This document shows, in pieces, positions 29,600 to 41,782 of a stretch of DNA of 64,000 nucleotides (positions are counted from its first letter, which is position 1; each line of letters begins with the position of its first letter). Below the pieces are notes generated by a model, which made no database searches, was not told the origin of the DNA, and saw only the letters and a list, made by a program, of their open reading frames with translations. Source of the DNA: Tubulanus polymorphus (taxonomy: Eukaryota; Animalia; Nemertea). The stretch spans positions 1 to 64,000 of the forward strand of contig NW_027437461.1 of NCBI RefSeq assembly GCF_964204645.1, in the 5' to 3' direction. Both the position numbers and the translations under genes were made by a program.

Positions 29600-29958
29600 A
29601 TTGTATTGTTTACTGTTAACTAAGTATTGCGCAATAACCGGTCCGATTGAACCGCTTTTCTATTGTTCTCCATTGTTCTATTATTGATCGTTGTTAATGG
29701 CGGCGGTTGTTCTGTATTGATTGTTTACTGTTAACTGTGTATTGCGCAATAACCGGTCCGATTGAACCGCTTTTCTATTGTTCTCCATTGTTCTACTATT
29801 GATCGTTGTTGACTGAAACAGCTGCTCAATATTGATTGGTTACAGTTCTATGTTTGAATGTTGTAGTTTACAGAATAAAAATATAACTGTGTATTGCGCA
29901 ATAACCGGTCCGATTGGACCGCATTTCTATTGTTCTCCATTGTTCTATTATCGATCGC
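29600..29958. repeat. Three imperfect ~115-150-bp repeats containing TATTGCGCAATA
   Basis: Palindromic cores at 29625, 29740 and 29892, each followed by ACCGGTCCGATTG(A/G)ACCG. Confidence 0.85.
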
Positions 29959-30369
29959 TAAAATTTACATAATAAATATATGTGTTCATGAAATAATATT
30001 TCCACCAGTCGTTTCTTTGAATTTATTTTCAGTTTTAGGATTTATTATCGAGAATCCGAAATGACTTATCTGGACAGTTATAGTTACTGCTCCTATAGAT
30101 GAACAATAGTAGTGAGATAATCTAAATCCTAATTTAAATAAAATATAATAAAAAAACAATAACTTCAACTAGCTAGTGAATTCTATTATATTTTTAATAT
30201 TTTCTTTTGGTAATTCTAATTGACATTAGATTGAATAGATTTTGAATAGATTTGAAAAGAAATTCTTTAACTTTAACTAACCTAGTCAATTTAGTATTAA
30301 CCTAAAGAGATACTAGTATCATTTGAAAAATACTTATAATATTTTTTTTGCTTTTTTTCTCTAATATAA

Positions 30370-30922
30370 ATGTCAAAGAAATCTAATAAGAATAGTATCG
30401 ATATTGAAAAGACATTAGATGATTTGGGTATAAGTGATAATAAAGATACAGTTGTAACTAATTGTGCTCAAGTTAATTGTAATATAGATTATGAATACTA
30501 TTTATATTGTAAGCATCATCTTGAACTATTGATTGCTAGCGGAAAGTGTAGAGAGTTTTTAACTAAGACTATTACTTTTCAAGAACTAGATGCTATGAAA
30601 CCCGAAAAAGTAATAAAATATTTTAAGATTTATGAAGAGGCAAGATTGGCCCGAAGTTAATACCAATTGATGATGAAAATAAATTATATAGTGATTTGAA
30701 AAATGACTACTTAGTTATGACTGAATTACAAAATGGGTTGGTTATGCTTCATTTCAATTAGGATCGGTTATGACATTAATTTCTACTGGTGTCATAACAT
30801 TTTCGAATATCAAACCTATGGAATATAAATCAGGTAAGAACGAAACAGATGACGCTGTACTACAACCAAACAGTGAAACAGAAAATGAATCAGAACAAAA
30901 ATTAACTAAAATAAATGAGTGA
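30370..30922 (+). pseudogene. Ortholog of 14830-15438, with internal deletion and frameshift
   Basis: Direct comparison with copy 1. Confidence 0.75.
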
Positions 30923-31283
30923 TGGCGTTAAGAAAAAGGTTAGATCTGAAAAACAAATTAAATGGGCAAGAGAATTAGGTAAAAGATCTGCAGAATTAAA
31001 AAAAGCTAAGAAAAAGAAATTAACTGATATGAATGAATCACAGAAATGATCTGATATTGATTCAAATAATAATCCATCTGATTCTTCTAATAGTGGAAGA
31101 AATAATTACTTATATATTACAATTGGGTTAATCACAATTATTATATTCTCTGGTGTAATATATAAATCAAAATTCAAATCTGATGATAAAGATGATTCCA
31201 ATGATAATAAACCTATCATACCAGAAAATAAGTCAAATCATAAAGTCATTGAAACTAAATCTAAATTATTATTAATGGATTAA
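30915..31283 (+). pseudogene. Ortholog of the single-TM protein 14448-14837, frameshifted
   Basis: Direct comparison with copy 1. Confidence 0.7.
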
Positions 31284-31289
31284 AATAAG

Positions 31290-32373
31290 ATGAAAAAAGA
31301 ACAATATTTAAGAGAGTTATATTATAACCCAGAGAGTGAAGTATCATATTCTAACGTTTCAGAATTATGGAATAAAATTAAATCTGATAATGAAAATAAA
31401 ATATAGTGAACTAAGATTATGGTTACAAAATCAACCAACATATCAAAGCCATAAGAAAATGGATAAAACTTATTTAACAAGAAAAGTTATGGTTTCATAT
31501 ATCGATCAACAATGGCAAGCTGATTTAATTGACATGAAGAACTTAGAAGAATACAACAAAGGATATTTCTGGATACTGAATGTTATAGACATATTCAGTC
31601 GATACGCATGGTCAATTCCAATCAAAAATAAAACTGGTATAGAAGTGACAAATGCTTTTAAATCTATATTTAAAGAAGCTATTCCAGATAAGATACAATT
31701 TGATGAAGGTAAGGAATTTTATAACAAATATTTTAAAAAACTATTATCTGATAACGATGTAGATTATTTTTCAACACATTCAGATAAAAAAGCATCTATT
31801 ATAGAAAGATTTAATAAAACATTGAAAACTAGGAATGTGGAAATATTTTCCTGCTAATGAAACATATAAATATATCGATGTGTGAGATGATTTAGTGAAA
31901 GGTTATAATAATTCTAAACATAGTTCTATAAATATGAAACCTATACAAGCTAGAAAAGAAGATAATTCAGAAATAGTTTGGAATAATTTATATGGAGCGT
32001 TTGTTACACATGATTTCGGCGAACCTAAATTTAAGATTGGACAACATGTAAGAATATCTAAATATAGAAAAACATTTTATAAAGGTTATACCCCTAATTT
32101 TACAGAAGAAATATTCAAGATAAAAAAGATAATATTAACTAAACCATTTGTTTATAAATTGGAAGATTTACAAGATGAAGAAATATTAGGTTATTTCTAT
32201 GAACAAGAATTATCACTTGTACCAAACCCAGATGAAATAGAATATAAAATAAAAAAGTATTGAAAACAAAAACTCTTAAAGGAAAAAAGTATTCTTTGGT
32301 GAAATATAAAGGATATGATGATAAATTTAATGAATGGATTTTATCTAGTAAAATTAAAAGAATAAATGAATAA
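31290..32373 (+). pseudogene. int: RVE integrase, copy 2 (frameshifts and a stop)
   Basis: Fragments 31336-31857 and 31895-32263 are near-identical to the copy 1 integrase. Confidence 0.9.
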
Positions 32374-32978
32374 AGATTTATTTATATTTGAACCGCATAA
32401 TATGTTAGTTACTGGAGTAACCAATTGTGGTAAAACACATTTCATATTAGATTTGTTAGAAACTATTTATAAGAATCATTTTGATAATATAATATTATTC
32501 TGTCCTACTTATGAAATGAATAAAACATATAATAGAGATATAGTTGAGATAAAAAAGTTTATTATATTAAATCCTAAAACAGGAAAAAGAAAATTTAGAT
32601 AATTGTATTAAAATAGCAATTGATACTTATAAAGGATCAAATACATTATTCATTGTAGATGATTGCGCAAATTTACATGATTCAAAAGTGAGAGAAAGTG
32701 AGTTATGTTATTTAGCTTTCTCTGGGAGACATTTCGGGATAACAATATGGGTTTTAAATCAAAAATATAATTCAATTGTTAAAGACTTTAGGGAGAATAT
32801 AAGATTTCTAGTTTTATTCTACAATAAAGATAGAAAATCTATGCAACAATCATTGGAAGAAAATCAAATTATACCAACTGAATTACATGATGAATATATG
32901 AATAAATTAAAGAATAATAAAGGTTCAAAATTATTACTGAGACTACAATTTCCCTATGAATATAAATTTATAAAATAA
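32366..32978 (+). pseudogene. Packaging ATPase, copy 2 (frameshift ~32585)
   Basis: Fragments 32366-32602 and 32688-32978. Confidence 0.9.
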
Positions 32979-33131
32979 CTATTTATATATCTATGTATTA
33001 GATACCCTAATACCTGATACCCCATTAGATACCCTAATACCTGATACCCTATTAGATACCCTATTAGATACCTTAAATACTTAAAACCCCCTTTTTTATT
33101 TACTATTATTTTATACAATTTTCAACCTTTA

Positions 33132-34025
33132 TTACTTTTTGAGTGTTAGATAATTACTTTCTGAATCACTTTCACTATCAGACCCTAACAAGCTATTCAA
33201 TTTCTCTACCGTATCTTCTTCTAATTCTTCATTATTTTTATACTTATTCTTCGCCATTTTTACCGCATCATCAATAGTTGTTTCATTGTTATGCTTATTC
33301 TTCCAATCAAATTTATCTTTATTATCAATGCGCTTTCCTGTATTTTCATTATTATCTTTATTAGTGTTTGCTCCTAATATTTCATTTACAGTGTTTGATC
33401 CTAATATTTCATTAGCATCGGTTAAATCTAATTCATCTTTATTAGGTGTTGCTAATAAAAAATCTTCATATAATTCTTTACCATTTACTTTTTTATTTGA
33501 AACAAACTTTGTAACATATCTAAATGGGTGTTCTATAAATTCTCTTAAACCAACACGTTCTATAACATTAGTAATATGTGAATTTGTATTCATATGTTTA
33601 TTCCAATTTGATGGAGCGTTTGAAAATTCACCTTTACAATAATCACAATAATTTCTATTTTTACTAGCATTTAATATTATTGCATTATTATATGTAGAAG
33701 GTATTACATTATTAGATGTAGCAGGTATTACATTATTAGATGTAGTAGGTATTACATTATTAGATGTAGTAGGTATTACATTATTAGATGTAGAAGGTAT
33801 TACATTATTAGATGTAGAAGGTATAACATTATTATCAATTACATTACTTAAATTATCAACAACTTCACTTTTATTATTATCGATTTCTATTAGTTTAGTT
33901 TTATAAATTTTGAAAATAGGATCAAATATCAAAGCTATATTACAAGGTTTTACATAATATAAACCATCATTATTTTCATGTGTATCGATGTATGGAATAT
34001 GTTTATATACTTTACCTCCTTCCAT
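33132..34025 (-). CDS. Repeat/zinc-finger protein, copy 2, 297 aa
   Basis: Intact ortholog of 11531-12580 with VIPSTSNN repeats. Confidence 0.8.
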   Translation of the reverse strand: MEGGKVYKHIPYIDTHENNDGLYYVKPCNIALIFDPIFKIYKTKLIEIDNNKSEVVDNLSNVIDNNVIPSTSNNVIPSTSNNVIPTTSNNVIPTTSNNVIPATSNNVIPSTYNNAIILNASKNRNYCDYCKGEFSNAPSNWNKHMNTNSHITNVIERVGLREFIEHPFRYVTKFVSNKKVNGKELYEDFLLATPNKDELDLTDANEILGSNTVNEILGANTNKDNNENTGKRIDNKDKFDWKNKHNNETTIDDAVKMAKNKYKNNEELEEDTVEKLNSLLGSDSESDSESNYLTLKK

Positions 34026-34057
34026 TTATTATATATATTTTTATTAAAGTTAAAATT

Positions 34058-35310
34058 TTAATACATAACACTATCTAATTGTGAATTTACAATATTTAAT
34101 TGTGCGTCAGATATAATATAAATGTGCATTTTAAAATTTTTGATTCCTTTATTTTTTGTCATGAATAATTGTATTCCATCTTTAGTGTTTTGTAGTTTTT
34201 TTCTAGAACCATGTAATGAATTATCCTCTGTTGTTCTAAAATCTAACCATAATGCATATTTATTACCGGTATAATAATCAATTTGATTAATATTACAATT
34301 TTCAGATGATTTCACTTTTTCATTCATAAAATGTTTTCTAATTTCTGGCCATTGATCTATCATTCTCATTCCTTGACAAAATATTTTATTTGCTATTCCT
34401 TCGATAGTTATTTCTACTTTTGTTATTTCAGGATTATAATAATTATCAACATTTATTGCGCCATTAGTATATGTTGCAATGGTAAAAAATATTAATATAC
34501 CTTTAATAGATCTTCTTGGTAAGTTAATATTCTCATTAATAATTTCATCATTTGCATTAATAGTTACAGTTTTAAATTTATCAATATAATCATATAATAA
34601 TGAAAATCCTTGATTGTATAAAGTTTGAATTATACTTGAAATATTTTCATCAGTTACTATTATCAGTCATATTCCAAACATATATTCGATAATTTATAAC
34701 TCATATCTTTATTAACGCTAGATATTACGATTTCATTAACAGGAGCAAATGTTATTTCGAATATAACGTCTTCTTGAATTGCGTATTTATATAAAGGTGC
34801 ATTGTTATTTATCAATTCAAAGTCTAATGGAATTTTATATTTGCTTCCATATATACTTTTTATAAATTTATCTACAGCATTAGTTAATATTGCATTATGT
34901 GCTTCTGATCTTAATTTATTTTGGTTTTCTGATTGGATTCCTTGAAATATCATATTATTTCTATTTTCTTTAGTTAACCATAAATCTTTATAATGCATGA
35001 ATAAATTATAATCATCTAATGAGAAAACTGTTTCTGGACCAATCTTTATAGTTAATTTTTTAATCAAATATCTTCCAACATTATCAACAACATAATTATT
35101 ATTATTACCGATTACTTTTATATCGGCTGATAAATAAATACTATTTGGAACATAAAAAGTATTTTGTGTTAATCGAGGGATTCTAACATATAAAGTTTCA
35201 TCGGGATTAATATTAGAAGGGTTATGAGTAATTATATGATGTGATCTTTCTGCTTTAATAGCATTAGATATTCTATGATTCTTAGAAGGATTTATGTAAC
35301 TTCCACTCAT
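34058..35310 (-). pseudogene. Major capsid protein, copy 2 (frameshift ~34660)
   Basis: Fragments 34663-35310 and 34058-34369 match the copy 1 MCP. Confidence 0.85.
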
Positions 35311-35330
35311 TTATTTAACAAAAAAATTAA

Positions 35331-37757
35331 TTATTTATTTTTTATCATATTCACTAACCCAAAAATAATTGCACTTACAACTGTAATTAAAAATAAAATA
35401 ATATGTTCAGCAGCAAAGTTAATAATGTTTCCTGCAGATTTCAATATAAAACCAACAATTGATGCAATAATTCCTGGTAAAGCTGCAGCAGATTTCTTTG
35501 ATAGTTCCCATAAATATTTTGCTAATTTCTTTAAACCATCCTTAACTTTATCTTGTATAGAATTATTATCATTCGGGGGTTTATCTGGTTTATTGGGAGT
35601 AGGAGTAGATTTCAAAGAATTTGATATTGCTAAACCAATTGTTGTGAATAACATAGTTACAGCCGTTAGAATTGAAAGAATTGTTATTCCTTCAAACTTA
35701 AATAATAATTTTATTCTATCTTTCAATGATATTCTAGAATCTGGTTTTATTAGATATCTTTTAAAATCATCTTTTAATCTATCAATATTATAATCATATG
35801 ATTTTAATAATAATTTAATTTCTTCTTTTTGTAATTCTATGTTATATTCTAAATCATCTTTTTCTTTTTCTAAACGTAATTCTTTTTGCCTATATTCTAT
35901 TTCATCAATAACTTTATTATCTCTATCTAATTTTAATTGTTCTATTTCTTTATTTTTATCAGTTAATTCTTTTTCTAAAAATCTAATTTTAAAATCTCTT
36001 ATTTCTTTTTCATGCGCAATTTTATCAGATGCATGTCTTATACTAATAATCTCTCTAATTGCTTTATCAGAAAATATATCTAAATCTTCTAATTCTTGAT
36101 CTGTTGCATCAAGTAATCCCTTCGGTAAAAGTTTTTCAGTTTGAACTTCTCTTGAATTAGGTCTACTAGTTTTGGAAGTTATATTCTGTTCAGAAGTTGT
36201 TTCTGGTTCTAAATTATTATCGATTGTTTCAAATAATTTATTAATTCTTTGTTTAAATACTCTTTCATTTTTAATAATTTCTTCTTGTGTTACATCTTCT
36301 GGTTCATTACTATTTCTTATTCTTTTAATTCTAGATAGGTCTAACTTAAGCAAAGTTGATTCTGCTAATATTTTGTTTTGTTTTTTATAAGAGATATCAA
36401 TATAATAATCATCTTTCAAACGATAATAATATTCACCATCTAAAAACTTTAATTCTTGTACTAAAAGTCTGGCGCCTCTGGCATTTATATTATATCCAGA
36501 TTCTTCAAATACATGTTTGAAATTATAAATATATTCATTATATTCTAAATTTTCCTTTAAAACTCTTCAGTTGGCGTCACCACGCCTCACGTGACAGCTT
36601 AAACAAAGAGACTAGGTCGTGGTCACGCCTCAAGTGACGGTTCCTATTACCCCCGATAGATGGCAAAGTAGTCAAGCCTGGCTGCTGACACTGAGTCAGT
36701 ATGCTCTATAGAGAGCCACTATGCTCTATAGAGAGCTCACAAGCGATTGTATATACTCTACACACACAGGCAGTATGTACTGGTTGTCGTCGGCAACCAG
36801 GAATGTGAGTGTTGTATCAGCGGTTTTGGACCATATTCCTTGTTTCGACATATACCATACCTAGCTCAATTATCGCTTAGAACATATCAATCTTTTAACT
36901 AAACAAACTTGCAAAATGCAATCTTATCACTAAATAAACTCTCAAATTAATGCCTAATTATCTGAAAACCCTGGGTCATCTGGGGGGTCAAGATGACCCC
37001 CAGATGACTCCCTGACACGTTTTATATCAAGGAAATGAGATATCTAGAGGATTCAGAGGATCAACATTGAGGAAACCCAAAGAAACCAAACAACTGAGAA
37101 GTGATTACGAAATCAGCGAAAATTGAGCGATTTTCACTTTTTTGAGACCCTGAGGATTTTTTGAAATTTCGGACCCCCCAAAGAATAAAATGACTGCCCA
37201 GGATGGTTTTCTTGTTGTCCTATGATATTATGAAAGAAAATAGCTATTTACTATTTTATTTGTATAAGATTCTGGCTTCTAAAGTGCAATACAAAGACGT
37301 TTTTGGTTGCGTGACCTCAACTTGACCTCAGGTTTTGGGGGGTCCTACCTTGCACCCGTAGGTCCAAACTTTTTATTACTAACATTTTCTGGTAGAGATA
37401 CCTATTAGCTTCATAACAGATATTGGTTTTAGGAGGGTCTCTACACTGGAAATGTATCTAACTTTACATAGAAATCATAAGACAATAAAGGCCAAAATTA
37501 ATTCCCCACATTGAATGGATAATGAAGAAATATATCCCCAGCGGATTTTCATTTTCAATAGGTATTCTCGATCTAGTTCTTCTATCAAATTCATCTGTTG
37601 ATGGGGCTTTAGAACCACTATCTGCTAAATTAGAATTATATGCTGATTCATTACCATCATCAATATTAGTTTCTGCATCATTTTAATCATCATCAATATA
37701 TCCTTCATTATTATTTCCCATTTCTCCCATTTCATAATCTTCTCCGCCTTCTGCCAT
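35331..37757 (-). pseudogene. Coiled-coil/TM protein, copy 2, interrupted by a ~1-kb insertion
   Basis: 5' part 37540-37757 (MAEGG...RRTRSRIP); 3' part 35331-36560. Confidence 0.8.
36562..37540. mobile_element. Unclassified ~1-kb insertion, GC-richer than the Polinton
   Basis: Absent from the copy 1 ortholog; local hairpins (GGGTCATC...GATGACCC); no clear TIR or TSD; boundaries approximate. Confidence 0.55.
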
Positions 37758-37773
37758 TTACATAATAAAAAAA

Positions 37774-39158
37774 TTAAAATTTAAAATATAATATTCCTCC
37801 GATTACAATTCCTATACAAGTTATAGCTAATTTAGTATTTTCATGGGATTTATTATCATCATTTAGTTTAACTATTTCATGTTGAATATTATCAGTTTTT
37901 ATATTTTCTGATGTATTGTAATCTTTTATTTTAGAATCATTATTTAATTTAATATTATTAGTTTTAGTTTCTGTTGATTGAATGTGTTTTTTATTTTTTT
38001 CACCTTCCATTAATTTTGGAGCAGTAATAATCTTTTTATTTATATCATTCAATCCAAATGAATTATTTATTGTTGCAGTTTTAATTAGATTATTATAACC
38101 AATTATATTTCCCATCTTTAATACTAAATCATTAGAAATAATCAATAGATTAGGGCCCATACAATAATTTAATCTAATATGTGATTTATCTTAATAATTT
38201 TGATATCTTACAATGTTTTCCGGAATCGATCTATTTTTATCATTATGAAGGGAATCTTCAAATAATACTTTAAATTGTTTCTGTGTATCAAATGATGTAT
38301 TCAAATTTCCAATTATTGGGGATCTTGTTTCAACTTGTGCACCTAGAATACATATCAAATAAGTTCTAATAGATTGATTTATTCTTTGTATACCAGCTTT
38401 AGTAAAACATTATTTTCTAAAATGAAATAAACCCAACCGTTATTGTTTTCTTGTTTCAAATTATCATAAAATTTCGGTAATTTATTGAAATTTAATGTTT
38501 CTAAATCCTTAGTTTCTATTTTACCATAACCTAATTTATTATTATAGATATTATAAAAACTATTAGATGGTATGGGAAGTGCACAATATTCTGCAATCTT
38601 TTTAGGGCAAGGAAGTGATCTTATTGTTCCAATTTTTGTTCTAAAATCAGAATTATTTATATCTATATTAAATTCATTACAAATTTTATAAAACTTTGAT
38701 AAATTAATATTATTATCTAATTCTTTAAAATATCTAGATCCTGGTAAAGCACACTCTAATTCATTTAATATTATTCTGATTTGAAAGTATGTATGAAATC
38801 TAAATAAACTTTGAATTAATTTATATTTAGAATTATTCAAATGATCATTCCAACTTATCCCACATCCTGTTGTTGCACAATAAACAGCAAAATTTAATTG
38901 GTTCTGCCAATACTTCATATTAGATTTTAATAACCATTGTTTTTCATCTTTCAATTTTTTAAAATCAATTAAATATACATGAAATATATTTTCCATCTTT
39001 GCATTAAAATTATTAGTTTCAGTAACATAAATTTCTAAATTAATTAATGAATCTAAAACTTCATTTCTATATATAATATCTTTATTAAAATCTATTGCTG
39101 GAATATTATATTTAATTGATTTGTTATATTGGAAAGCTTTTGGAAAACTATCTACCAT
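37774..39158 (-). pseudogene. Ortholog of the 433-aa membrane-anchored protein, frameshifted
   Basis: Fragments 38379-39158 and 37774-38160. Confidence 0.8.
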
Positions 39159-39174
39159 TTATATAATTAAAAAA

Positions 39175-39609
39175 TTAATAATTTATTAATTCTTTTAATA
39201 ATTTATCTTGTTCTTCAACTGTTATATGGCCATTTAAACTTATTATATAATCTAGTGTATTCTTTAATTTATTAATTTCTTTTATATTAGTTTTAATTTT
39301 TTCTTTATTACTTTTTATATTTAATTTTGAACTTATACCAGTTAAAACACTTGAACTTAATCCTAATACACCAATTGATATAGCTAAAGGTGTTAATGGA
39401 CTGAATATTGCTAAAAATGTTATTACAGAACTAATTGTAACCGAACCACTGGTAATAAGATAATATACAATTTTACTTTTTAGATATTTTTTCTTTTTTA
39501 TCTTTAAGTCACTTTCAAATTCTAATATTTGTTTTTCTAAATATATTTTTAATTTAGTTTTATTTATATCATGAGGAATAATATCAATACTATCAACTTT
39601 ATCTTCCAT
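39175..39609 (-). CDS. Two-TM protein, copy 2
   Basis: Intact ortholog of 6985-7419. Confidence 0.8.
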   Translation of the reverse strand: MEDKVDSIDIIPHDINKTKLKIYLEKQILEFESDLKIKKKKYLKSKIVYYLITSGSVTISSVITFLAIFSPLTPLAISIGVLGLSSSVLTGISSKLNIKSNKEKIKTNIKEINKLKNTLDYIISLNGHITVEEQDKLLKELINY

Positions 39610-39628
39610 TTATTTAGAAAAAAAATTA

Positions 39629-40051
39629 CTAATTAGTAAATTTATAAGCAACAAATATAACAATAACAGTTCCGCCTAAAATCCATATTATTTCATATTT
39701 CTTCTGTTCATTACTTGGGGTATATTAATCTGATAATTTAGGTTTGTATAGATGTAATTTTTCTTTATTTGTTACCGCATTATATAAACTCATTGCATCA
39801 TCAACTGATTGAAAATCTCAATGTGAAATCTTCTGATCATATAATTCTTTATTGATGTAATCCATATAGTTTTGTCTCTTTTCTCTATATTCTTCTGCAG
39901 CTTTATTGTATTTCTCTAACGCTAAGTTATGTCTTCTTTGTTCTCCTAATGAACTATTTTTATCAATATGTTTAAATAAATATCCACCACCAGTAAATGC
40001 CAAAGCGTTAACAATTGCCGATCCTATAATAGTTATAATTGCAGAAGCCAT
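39629..40051 (-). pseudogene. Ortholog of the 140-aa protein, with premature stops
   Basis: TGA at 39818-39820 and a further TAA at ~39727. Confidence 0.75.
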
Positions 40052-40075
40052 TTATTTAGCAAAAAAATTATGCAT

Positions 40076-40297
40076 TTATATGGGAGGAATATATTTTTGT
40101 TTTTCCAAATAATCAATAGTTAAATTAGATAAAATAACTGCTAATGTTAATTTTAAAATATTATTTATATCAAATCTATCAACATTAACACTTCCCATTT
40201 TAAATACTTTTTTTAATACCATTGAATAACCAACAGTTCCAACTGATAGTAATGCTCCATTATATAATCCAGTTATTATCCACTTATTATCACTCAT
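40076..40297 (-). CDS. Small hydrophobic protein, copy 2
   Basis: Ortholog of 6298-6519. Confidence 0.8.
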   Translation of the reverse strand: MSDNKWIITGLYNGALLSVGTVGYSMVLKKVFKMGSVNVDRFDINNILKLTLAVILSNLTIDYLEKQKYIPPI

Positions 40298-40653
40298 TTA
40301 TTTATCAAAAAATTACTATCATCAAAATATTTAGTTATCTTATTTATGATTAATTCGACATTTATTTCATTACTAGTTTCATTTGTATATATTTCAATTA
40401 TTATTTTTTTAATATCATCGATGATAAAATCTTCATCTAATTCATAAAATCTTAAAGATTCTCTAATTAAATTAGTAATCTTTTCTACATTTAAAGTTTC
40501 TTTATCTATTGTTTTTTCATACTCAAATGTTGTTTCATTAGAAAATGCAATATTTTTAATATGTGTAATTACATCATTAACGTTAAATTTCATTTCTTTC
40601 TCACGTTTAAAATCAAATCCAAAACATATGCTCGGTCCGACCGTTATATTCAT
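40294..40653 (-). CDS. Hypothetical protein, copy 2
   Basis: Ortholog of 5950-6297. Confidence 0.72.
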   Translation of the reverse strand: MNITVGPSICFGFDFKREKEMKFNVNDVITHIKNIAFSNETTFEYEKTIDKETLNVEKITNLIRESLRFYELDEDFIIDDIKKIIIEIYTNETSNEINVELIINKITKYFDDSNFLINK

Positions 40654-40669
40654 TTATATAGTGAAAAAA

Positions 40670-41423
40670 TTACTCTTTACATCTTATAACTAATTCATAA
40701 ATTACAGGGAAATTATTTAAATCAATTAAATATCCATTATGATTTCTTATTTCTAATTTAAAATTATTAAATTTAGGAATGCAAGGTTTGAAATCACATT
40801 CTGTTAAATTATAATTTATTTGCGTTCCAAATTGTTTAACATTTTAAATGGTAAAATATTTAATATACTAGAATTACAAGTTATATCTTTAGTTGCTTCA
40901 AATGTTTTTGTAGGATTAATTTAATTGCAATAAATATAAAAGTGTGTAAAAGTCATTATATTTGTATAAGTTTCAATACTTGAATAATGTCTATCCGGAA
41001 GTATTCCAAACAGTTTATCTAAAGGTTTTCTTACTAGAAATCTATGTTGTTCATTAGTTAACTTTATTCTTATTTTATTCGAACTATCACTTTTGATAAA
41101 TTTAATTTCAAATCGAGCAGCTGAGCCCATTTTTAAACGAGCTCTTTTATTAATTTCTTGCGCTAATGTTTCTAAATTATATAATCCTGGTTTTAGATAA
41201 AGATGAAACCATTTATTCAAATTTCTAACATAATTTTTAAAGCTAAATGATCAAGACTTTTATTCGATATATTATGAAAAGAATTACATAAACTTATATT
41301 AACTAATTTTAAATCAACACAATTCTTGAATTCTCTATCTAATTGTACTAGTAAATTATGTGATTTATAATTTGTAAGCCTTCTAGAATCAACAAATATT
41401 CTGTATTCTTTTAATTCTACCAT
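40670..41423 (-). pseudogene. Minor capsid protein, copy 2 (frameshifts)
   Basis: Fragments 41217-41423, 40921-41220 and the 3' part match copy 1. Confidence 0.8.
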
Positions 41424-41440
41424 TTATTTTACATATTTTC

Positions 41441-41782
41441 TTATTCGAAATCTATTTCATGGTGCCCTTTTTCATTCTTACCTTTGTATACGAAATAGAA
41501 ATCACCAGAACATAATTCTTCTAAATCTTCACTTGATAATCTATGAAATCTATCCGGTAAATATGTTCTGAATTTATGTGTATTTCCTTTTAATCCTTCA
41601 TATTCTAAGTGTATAACTAATTTATCTCCATATTTGTTAGTAACTGTATCAATATTTGTAATTAGATATTTCTTATGGATTGTTAATTCTGTTAACTTCT
41701 TAAATTTATAATCTACAGATTTTACATTTGAAGTATCTTTTATTCTATTTAAGAATTCACTGTGTGCTTGTTTACTCTCCAT
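41441..41782 (-). CDS. 113-aa conserved protein, copy 2
   Basis: Intact ortholog of 4816-5157. Confidence 0.78.
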   Translation of the reverse strand: MESKQAHSEFLNRIKDTSNVKSVDYKFKKLTELTIHKKYLITNIDTVTNKYGDKLVIHLEYEGLKGNTHKFRTYLPDRFHRLSSEDLEELCSGDFYFVYKGKNEKGHHEIDFE

